In this document: positions 1 through 8,874 of the stretch, piece after piece
How the letters are laid out: each line of letters opens with the position of its first letter
Numbering within the stretch: the stretch's first letter is position 1
DNA from: Arenicellales bacterium
Lineage (GTDB): Bacteria; Pseudomonadota; Gammaproteobacteria; Arenicellales; JAJDZL01
Length of the DNA stretch: 64,000 nt
Assembly (NCBI GenBank): GCA_965219265.1
Contig: OZ244730.1
Span: 1,653,529-1,717,528 of the forward strand
Direction: 5' to 3'
Notes under the pieces: generated by a model
The model's database searches: none
Told to the model about the DNA's origin: nothing
Seen by the model: only the letters and a program-made list of their open reading frames with translations
Position numbers and translations under genes: made by a program

Positions 1-716
1 ATATTATGCCAAAAGTTCTGTAGTTATGACATAGAGTTTTGCCCATAGATTTGCCAGCAAATTGTAAGGTGTGCGAAAACTGGTGTTTATGCCCATGAAG
101 TTGCAATACTAGTTCGATTCGCACTAACCAACTTATCCGACGAATAAAATGTGCAAGATGGAGAGCACCTGACTTTCCTTCAGCATTTGGCATAACGGAC
201 ATAAAGAAAGAAATTCAATAGGTCTTTCACATACAAGTGGCACGGTTTGTGCACTCCAGTCGACGACAACCCAAGGCACTTAGTGGGATAGATTACTGAA
301 ACTCTGCGGATCTTCTTGTCAGCCTTGCGTTTAATTGTCAGTGAATGCCACACTGCAATCAGTCGCGTTCATAAGTAATGCGCGAAACTCGTTGGCACTC
401 GTTGTGTGCGTCGATTCAATTTTGGTTTTTAAATATGTGCGAATCGCATTGAAGCAAGAGCTCTTTAATCGAACTCCACTATTTACGATAGTTCTGCTAT
501 TGACACTTTCATCACCAACAATGAACGGATGTAAATAGTCAAGCAACCGTGGAGGCACCAGTGTGCCGAATTACGAAAACGCTCTTCAGGTATTGACCAA
601 AGTCAATATCCAATAATCTGCCCGGACTTAGGTCCCGGCATTCATCAATTCGTAGCGGGATTGCACTTCCCGTTGCGGGTGGTGCGATCTCCTGTAATCT
701 TTCTTGGAGGTTATCA

Positions 717-881
717 ATGGATTTTACGCACTACGATTCTGTTCAATTGTTAAAAGACGACGATCGATACTAGGAAAATTTAACGGCCTTGAACGAGGCT
801 AGGTTGTGGTACGATCCGGTCGAAGACGAATGGATCAGACCAGAGCCTCTTCTCGAAGGAGAGGAGGCTCACCTGCAGTAA
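717..881 (+). pseudogene. Small acidic ORF (54 codons) interrupted by in-frame TAG at 771-773
   Basis: GGAGG at 706-710, ATG 717; reads MDFTHYDSVQLLKDDDRY*ENLTALNEARLWYDPVEDEWIRPEPLLEGEEAHLQ; TAA 879-881; followed directly by a terminator. Confidence 0.4.
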
Positions 882-889
882 TTCGGAGC

Positions 890-916
890 GGAAGGGCTTT
901 GAGCCCTTCCTTTTTT
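890..916 (+). terminator. Rho-independent terminator
   Basis: ggaagggct-ttg-agcccttcc 9-bp perfect stem followed by T6. Confidence 0.75.
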
Positions 917-1162
917 GATGTCAGGAATATTGCGAAAACCAATTCCACTAGATCATGCAGACTGCTGGTGCCCATCGTAACCATGTTGTATGTAATTCTC
1001 TCTACTGCGGGACTCATTTTCTTTTTTCTTTGGCCTTGGCTCACACTACCGTTCACATTGCATCTTTGCGCCAAGACATATCATGTTTCGCTGCCGTTGT
1101 TAGATCGGTCCCAAGTCAACCTGAATTTCAACGACGAGCAGCTCTGAATTGACAAGTTCCCA

Positions 1163-1181
1163 ACAAATTTGACGTGCACCC
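1163..1181. repeat. 19-bp direct repeat, copy 1 (acaaatttgacgtgcaccc)
   Basis: 18/19 identical to 4549-4567; the pair brackets the SIR2-STAND gene. Confidence 0.7.
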
Positions 1182-1333
1182 GTAGATACATACAGTTTCA
1201 CCGTACCACCGCTGTTTTTAACCGGAAATGTTGTGTAAGTCAAAAATCCTCTAATTTTCATTACGATGCCCATCATAATGGATGTTTTCCGCCAGACGCT
1301 AGTTAAGACAAATTATTAATACAAATACACGCT

Positions 1334-4300
1334 ATGATAAAAAACATAATTTCTCCCTCTTCACTGCCAGACGCGCTTTTAGAATCAGTGCGTAATCAAC
1401 GCGTAATCCTATTTCTAGGTGCTGGTACCTCCATGGAATCCAAGGATCAAAACGGTAATTCCCCACCTTCCGGAAGTAAATTGCGAGATCTTATTGGAAC
1501 AAAATTTTTTGGCAAGTCACTACAAGAGTATGATCTCGCACTATTGTCAGAGATAGCCATACAAGAGCACAATGAAACTCTCGTTTTCCAATACATAAAG
1601 AGTATCCTTGAGCCATTTGAGCCATCGCCTGCTCATTTTCTTATTCCGACTTTCCGTTGGCGCGCTATCGCTACCACAAATTACGACGTCCTCATCGACA
1701 GCGCATATGCACGTTGTAATTATCGATTACAGACAATCGTTCCAATCGTCAAAGACACTGATCCAATAGAGGAGCTATTGCAACAGAAAACTGATCCTTT
1801 GCTGTTCCTGAAATTACATGGTTGCCTGAACCATTTATACGACCACGATATTCCGCTAGTTCTGTCAAATGAACACTACAGTAGGTACAACAAGCATAGG
1901 AAACATCTCTATAACCGTTTAAAGAGTTGGGCTCATGAAAGCACTTTCGTATTCTGTGGTTATAAACTGGCTGATCCTCATATTCGCAAGATAATATACG
2001 ATCTTGAAGAAGATGGTGTAAAACGACCAGCGTGGTATCTTGTTGCCCCAAATATTGCTGACTATGAATCAAAGTTCTGGGCAAGCCTTAATGTACACGT
2101 TATTGACGCTACATTCGGTAGTTTCATGGCTTCACTCAATTCCAATATCCCGATTGCTGGTCGTAAACTGGTTGTTGCTCAGGAGACTCAGTCCGACCCG
2201 ATTCGTTCACACTTTATTATTAATGAGGAACTACCTAAAAGTTTAAAGTCAGCCCTTGTAAACGACCTCGTTCATGTCCATTCGAGTATGGAGATAGAAC
2301 CACAGATACCGAAGAGGTTTTATCAGGGATTAGACACTGGCTGGGGCGCCATTGTTCAACACCTAGATATCGATCGTAAACCTGTGGCTGATCTGCTTCT
2401 TGACGCTGTAATTGATCCACATACGACCAGAATACCACAACTGTTTGTTTTTACCGGTCCAGCTGGAAGTGGAAAGACAATTGCTCTAAAACGTGCAGCT
2501 TGGGAAGCCGCTACGTCATTCGGTGTCATCGCATTATGGTTAACTGAAAGTGGTGCACTTTCCGACGAAATACTATCTGAATTACACAGACTAACTGGTG
2601 AACGTATTTTTATCTTTGTCGATAGACTTTCTCTCCGTGTAGACTCAGTTGAACGAATTCTTCAGAGCGCAAAGCAAAAAAAACTGCCACTCACCATAGT
2701 TGGTGCGGAAAGGCTCAATGAATGGAACGTCTACTGTGAATATCTGCAACAAAATTGGCAGCCTACAGAACTGCCGATATTCAACCTTTCAGTTCCAGAT
2801 ATTAAAGTACTTCTAGATTTATTGACCCGTCACAATGCTCTGGGCTTACTTGCGGACAAACCGCGTGAAGAACAGATCAAAGCGTTTGAACAAAGAGCTG
2901 AGCGACAACTGCTGGTCGCCCTCCATGAGGCAACCCTCGGAAAACAGTTTGAAGAAATCGTTTATGACGAGTACCGCCGAGTTGTCCCCGAACAAGCTCG
3001 CCAACTTTACCTTGATATATGCACCATGCACCAACACAATGTTTCCGCGCGGGCTGGAACAATTTCACGAATATCTGGTATTCGATTTGCTGAATACAAA
3101 TCGAAATTTTTCGCACCTCTCGAAAAAATAGTTCTATTTTCGAAAAATCCCTATACGGGAGACGTTCACTACAGAGCGCGGCACACACGTGTAGCTCAAC
3201 TTGTATTCCAACAAGCCTGTACCAACGACCATGAGCGAGCGGATCAACTAATCCGGATCGTTTCCTCGTTGGACATTGGCTACAGCGTTGATCAGAAGGT
3301 TTTAAAAGAAATCACACGCGGTCATCGACTTGCTGAAGATATCAAAGCTGTTGATTTTGGTCGCGAAATTTATCGTGCCGCATTGGAAACCGCCCCCGAA
3401 AACCCTTTTCTCTTGCAACAATGGGCTATTTTTGAGCTGAATCACCCTGAAGGTGAAATTAAAGAAGCAGATAGACTTGCCCGGGAAGCAGCTAACCGAG
3501 ACCAAAACTCCAATTCTATCAAGCATACACTCGCAGTAGTCTGCCGCAGGTTTGCAAATAAATCCGCTTCTCCTGTGGCAAAGGAACAATATCGCCGTGT
3601 TGCACATGAGTATCTTAACCAAATGAATGTAAAAAATGATCCATATGTGCAAAATCTCAAGTCCGGCATAGCAATTGACGAACTTCGTGACCTGGCTAAC
3701 AACCTTGATGAACATCCAACAGATGCTGATCTCTCCTATTTTCATGACAAGGTAAATAAAACTGAATCTACACTTAGTCACGCTTGTCAGTTACACCCCG
3801 ACAATGCTGAGCTACTCAACGAAGAGGCTCGCTTGAGCCAATTGCTCAGTCAAGATCAACGTGCCGTGAGAGCATTGGAACGATCTTGGCAAGCCGGGGC
3901 CCGTAGTTCTACCGTTGCTGTCCGACTTGTCCAACACTACGTAAATGAAAACAATAATCAAAAAGCTGAGGAAGTGCTCCAGTCTGCCCTAACCCGTAAC
4001 CCCGATGACAAACTTGTTCATTTGGAAATGGCAAAACATTTAATTCGTTCAGAGCCTGATCATGCGGAAGTTATTAACCAGCACTTCGCGCGTAGCTACG
4101 CACCTAATGATGATAATTTTGAGGCGCGTCACCTGCATGCTCAGTACTTGTTTTTCACTGGCAAACCTGAAGACGCCCAAACACTATTTTCAATGATCGA
4201 TCGGATTGCGCCAGTGCCTTTTCGTCGACGAGCAGCTTCCGAGGACAGCATCGTATCTAACAAATTGGGGCGTTACCAAGGCACGATAGTCACGCTGAAA

Positions 4301-4471
4301 GCAACAATGGCATTCATTCGTTGCTCGTCCTATCCTGCTGACATCTTCGCTCATGCAAACGATACTGAAAATAATGTTTGGAGATCGCTACAAAATGGTG
4401 ATGGAATCACTTTCAAACTTCGTTTTAATCGCTCGGGCCCCGTGGCATTGCAAATTGAACTCCAAAACTAA
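1334..4471 (+). CDS. SIR2-like NADase - STAND NTPase - TPR - cold-shock(OB) domain protein (Avs5-like antiphage architecture)
   Basis: SIR2-like motifs FLGAGTS, TTNYD, KLHG, GYxLAD; Walker A GPAGSGKT, Walker B IFVD; helical TPR-like region; C-terminal GTIVTLK..AFI..DIFAH..L..GD.I.F...GPVA matches a cold-shock fold pattern. Confidence 0.85.
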   Translation: MIKNIISPSSLPDALLESVRNQRVILFLGAGTSMESKDQNGNSPPSGSKLRDLIGTKFFGKSLQEYDLALLSEIAIQEHNETLVFQYIKSILEPFEPSPAHFLIPTFRWRAIATTNYDVLIDSAYARCNYRLQTIVPIVKDTDPIEELLQQKTDPLLFLKLHGCLNHLYDHDIPLVLSNEHYSRYNKHRKHLYNRLKSWAHESTFVFCGYKLADPHIRKIIYDLEEDGVKRPAWYLVAPNIADYESKFWASLNVHVIDATFGSFMASLNSNIPIAGRKLVVAQETQSDPIRSHFIINEELPKSLKSALVNDLVHVHSSMEIEPQIPKRFYQGLDTGWGAIVQHLDIDRKPVADLLLDAVIDPHTTRIPQLFVFTGPAGSGKTIALKRAAWEAATSFGVIALWLTESGALSDEILSELHRLTGERIFIFVDRLSLRVDSVERILQSAKQKKLPLTIVGAERLNEWNVYCEYLQQNWQPTELPIFNLSVPDIKVLLDLLTRHNALGLLADKPREEQIKAFEQRAERQLLVALHEATLGKQFEEIVYDEYRRVVPEQARQLYLDICTMHQHNVSARAGTISRISGIRFAEYKSKFFAPLEKIVLFSKNPYTGDVHYRARHTRVAQLVFQQACTNDHERADQLIRIVSSLDIGYSVDQKVLKEITRGHRLAEDIKAVDFGREIYRAALETAPENPFLLQQWAIFELNHPEGEIKEADRLAREAANRDQNSNSIKHTLAVVCRRFANKSASPVAKEQYRRVAHEYLNQMNVKNDPYVQNLKSGIAIDELRDLANNLDEHPTDADLSYFHDKVNKTESTLSHACQLHPDNAELLNEEARLSQLLSQDQRAVRALERSWQAGARSSTVAVRLVQHYVNENNNQKAEEVLQSALTRNPDDKLVHLEMAKHLIRSEPDHAEVINQHFARSYAPNDDNFEARHLHAQYLFFTGKPEDAQTLFSMIDRIAPVPFRRRAASEDSIVSNKLGRYQGTIVTLKATMAFIRCSSYPADIFAHANDTENNVWRSLQNGDGITFKLRFNRSGPVALQIELQN

Positions 4472-4548
4472 CGTCGCTTTGATTAATAAGAACCGTTTCT
4501 ATGAACTACATCAAGAACGTGTGAATTCTATACGATAGGACAATAATC

Positions 4549-4567
4549 ACAAATTTGTCGTGCACCC
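4549..4567. repeat. 19-bp direct repeat, copy 2 (acaaatttgtcgtgcaccc)
   Basis: 18/19 identical to 1163-1181. Confidence 0.7.
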
Positions 4568-5255
4568 TTAATGAGACTAAACATTGACACTAGGGCAGAT
4601 TGTAGAATAAAGTAAATATTGCTATAAATTTCGATTTTTTCTACCAGTTCTCTCTGTGCTGCAGCCTGTTGATTAAAAATCATCAGGCTTAAAGTTCAAC
4701 TCCCCTCGCCGACGCTTTAGCCCAGCCGTCATTCTCAACAGCTATCGTGAAAGAATCAATTGTTCCGCGCAAACTGAATTGCGCTAGCGTGCATCCACCA
4801 ACTACAGAATTTCCCGCAACGACTTGTACCAGTAGAAACTTTCGGAAAACAGTGATATTTCCGCTTAAATGATGTAGCGTTTTCATTATCTGAAATCCCA
4901 GAACTGAAAAGTTTGAACAGTGTGATTGTGACCGAGCTCATTGCTCGTAGCTGAATCCAATAATGACTGGAGAGCATTGAGTCGTTATTTTTATACTAGC
5001 CAAACTCAGCTATTTTTCAGATTTTAATAAATTGGAAATTCTGTTTGGAAGCCGAATAGAATATGCACTAGAGTAACTGACTATAATCAATTGGTATGGG
5101 GTTGGAATCACTGACAGCCCGCCAATTTTCAAATCAGCAAGTCTGAATCGATCGACCTATCTGTAACCTGCGCCGATTCCCAAATTTCCCTTGTGGGTCC
5201 AAACATAAACTCCAACTCTTGCTCAATACCAGTGTCTATCAATTCGTGATTTATC

Positions 5256-5753
<498 letters not shown>

Positions 5754-6098
5754 AGTATGTCTAATCGATCGAGAATATTATTTATAACGCTCTTCAATAA
5801 AAATTATCTCTCGTCTTACATCAATCGTTTGGGTAGTTTTCAATTGTCAATCTGAAAAATACCTCGTGATCTCTTTAGTGGATTTGTCAGAAACTGTCTC
5901 GTCAGCCTTCCAGATGCAGCAAGATTTAATCCGCAGACACTTAATCTGCATAGGGTAGTTCTCATGTGCAAATTTGTTGTGAAATATACGCATAAGACTA
6001 CATGATATTTTATTTCGATGCGCTCCTCAATGCCCTTCGGACACTAAGGAGCGAGTATCATACACATGTGAACCTACACAGGTACAGGAATAGATTAC

Positions 6099-7184
6099 GT
6101 GAGTTTGTATCAATTCCAAGACGCGTCTGGTGTGCTGCTCGATGCTCATTTCGAAGTACGGAACGGCAAGCTGTTCTTGCTGTCTCGAGGCGGTACCAAA
6201 GGCGCCGCAAACGCACGGAATACCCAATATGGCCCGGCATTGCGTATTCTTCTTGAACGAATCAATCAATCAGCTCTGAGTCTGGCCGGTGCGTGGGTCG
6301 ATAGTAGTCGAGTTCAACATTTAACGATGGGGGAAAGACGGATATTGTCGCCTGAAGAAACTGATGTTCCACCGACAAAGTTGTTCACATTATTATCAAG
6401 AAGAATGGCGAAAGTAGGACGTGACCCAAGAAGCCTTAGTCTCGGAAATTCCAACAAAAAACTCCGTTTCATTTTTACGGGAGGTGTATCAGATGAACAA
6501 ATTATCAGAATAGTTGGTTTAGGAGACTTTGGCGATAATTCAAACGGTCGTGGAAGGCTTTTAGCAGCAACTTTGAAGAAAGTTTCTGAAGATCATATCT
6601 GGCGTGCAATTCAACAGCTTCGCTCCGGATCGGTGAAGCATGTATTCGGTGAATTCACTGAATACGATGTTGTGGACCAAGATGTTGGAAAGCGCTGGCC
6701 GCCCAAAGCTATTTTCGGCTTGGCAGCAACCGAGGCTTTAGGGTTTGAGGTTAAACCGGAGCACTTTGAAAATGGCGTACGAACGATCTGCCACAAGAGC
6801 ATCATTCATGCTGGATTCCGCATCGTTAAAAAGAATCAGACTATCCAGTCGAAACAATTGCCGCTGAGTAGCGAAGAAAGAGAATGGGTGGAGGGACAAC
6901 CAAAAATGAAGCAGCATCTGCAGCGGGAACGGGGGGCAGGCATCTCACTGGAGAAAAAAGTGCAGTTCAAGCGTGAACATGGCAGACTGTATTGTGAAGA
7001 TTGTGGATTGGACCCAGTCAAAACCTATGGAGTTCAATTTGGCGAAGCCTGCATCGAAGTGCATCATGTAGTTCCTTTGGCAAAACTGCCACCAGGCTAC
7101 CGCACTAAACTAAGTGATTTAAAATGCCTGTGTGCAAATTGTCATAGGATCGAGCATCGCAGACTTGGAAAAGCCGAACTGTAA
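6099..7184 (+). CDS. McrA-like HNH endonuclease (unknown N-domain + ScoMcrA-head-like domain + HNH)
   Basis: C-terminal CEDC...IEVHH...CLCANCHRIEH; central HIWRAI..F...YD...RWPPKAIFGLA..GF resembles the ScoMcrA N-terminal head pattern. Confidence 0.8.
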   Translation: MSLYQFQDASGVLLDAHFEVRNGKLFLLSRGGTKGAANARNTQYGPALRILLERINQSALSLAGAWVDSSRVQHLTMGERRILSPEETDVPPTKLFTLLSRRMAKVGRDPRSLSLGNSNKKLRFIFTGGVSDEQIIRIVGLGDFGDNSNGRGRLLAATLKKVSEDHIWRAIQQLRSGSVKHVFGEFTEYDVVDQDVGKRWPPKAIFGLAATEALGFEVKPEHFENGVRTICHKSIIHAGFRIVKKNQTIQSKQLPLSSEEREWVEGQPKMKQHLQRERGAGISLEKKVQFKREHGRLYCEDCGLDPVKTYGVQFGEACIEVHHVVPLAKLPPGYRTKLSDLKCLCANCHRIEHRRLGKAEL

Positions 7185-7206
7185 GGCTTAGGTAGTGTAA
7201 AGGCGT

Positions 7207-8735
7207 TTAAGAATTGTCAGGAATATTTTCCAGCACATTTTTCACGATATCGGCAATTTGAAAAGCCAGATACGGAGGCACTGCATTTCCGACTTGATGA
7301 TATTGTGCAGTCCGAGGACCTTCAAATTTGAAATTGTCCGGGAAAGCCTGGAGACGTGCCGCTTCTCTTACACTCAAACTTCTGCATTGAGCAGGATCAT
7401 AGTGGATGAAGTAATGACCGTCCTTTGAAATGTGTGACGTGATGGTAGTACTGATTTTTGATTTTAGCTGTACTCGAAAACGATCTGAAAACATGTTCCC
7501 TGCGCAGGCTTGCCTCGCATTTTTGTGATCAGGTAGGAGTACTTCGGAGAAACACCATAAATGGAGGCATATGATGCAGCGAAAAGATACCTGTGTAGAT
7601 CACTTTCCATATGAGATCTTGATTCATGGGAAATCGTTCCTTTCAATCGAGGATCGTAGTACAACTTCTGCAAAACGCCCGGCGGGTTGTATGCCTTAGA
7701 TGAAATGTTAAATTCGCTTCGCTCAATCGATTTTAAAGTTGCCTGTATATCTGCCTTGATCTCCGGTGAGCCCCAACGGTTTTTTGGGAACCACGAGGAA
7801 CAATCAGCGGAAGCAATGGCATGTTTCCACAGTTCTAGGGAGTCTTTTACACGCGAAACGCCACTTCGAATTTTCGGCATGTTACCGATTACGTTTTCAA
7901 CCGTAGGCGATATCTGTAAATGATTATTCAGACAGCTGGGTCGAACATACAAATCCGATCGAACCCCGAGAATGAAAATTCTATGACGTGCTTGGGGAAC
8001 CCCGTAGTCTTCAGTACGTACTAGATAGGCTACCGCATCTTGGTGCGCACCTTTGTCCGATGTCTGCGACAACGAATACAGGCGATAGGTAAGATCACTG
8101 GTACATCTGCCGCCCGTTTTTCCTGGATTGGATAGATCTTCAATCACCCTGTCCATCAGAAGCCGACCATTTACACGTGCAAACAGCATGCCTTTTACAT
8201 TTTCCATAACAAAGACCGGAGGCCTGTGATCCACGATTGTTTCAAGGTACTCGTGATAGAGTAGGTACCTTTTATCCTTGTCCAGCGAATAGTCTTCATT
8301 CTTTGCCATTCTAGAGCGCCCGGCGAGTGAGTATGCTTGGCATGGTGGTCCGCCGATAAGTGCCCATTTTTTCTCGCCGCTCAGTCGCTATTTGATCAGT
8401 TTTCTAATTTGCAACCGACGGTCTTTACCAAGGGATATTCTTAAAACTGCATTTTCCGCCCGTTTCCAGATTTCCTGATGCTTGCAAATTAATTCTTCTT
8501 TCGAAATGGAACCGTCCAGATAATCGTAGTAGTCGTCGGGTATGTCTTCCGGCCTGAAGCTGTTGAAAAAGTGCCGGAGCACGAGTGTCTGGTGTGCGTA
8601 TTTGTTTTCTTCGAATGCCGCAATCAATTTGAAAGATGGTTTGCGCCCCATGAAGAATCCAGAGAAGCCTTCCCCAAAACCTCCTGGCCCTGCAAAAAGA
8701 TCAATTAATGGATATCGAATGTCAGTATTTTTCAT
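7207..8735 (-). pseudogene. DNA (cytosine-5) methyltransferase with in-frame TAG (8388-8390) and a frameshift (~7541)
   Basis: Motifs DLFAGPGG, GGPPCQ (in frame just past the TAG), [32 protein letters not shown] are spread over three ORF pieces. Confidence 0.9.
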
Positions 8736-8874
8736 ATCGAAGCAATTACAAATTGTTTTCCATCCGCGTTACCGTAGGTCTTCATGCAGCGAAACAATTT
8801 AGTTCTAGGTGAAAGTATCAATCCAACGGCCTTATAATCAAAATATTGCCATTTACGCCTTAGTGTTTTCTTAA

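Noticed and set aside
806-1152. ORFs 806-1147, 835-1074 and 955-1152
   Set aside because: They run across the terminator at 890-916 and the better-supported 717-881 frame; no motifs.
4620-5240. Short ORFs (4689-4886, 4756-4977) as genes
   Set aside because: Overlapping frames with no RBS or motif; probably gene debris that cannot be assigned.
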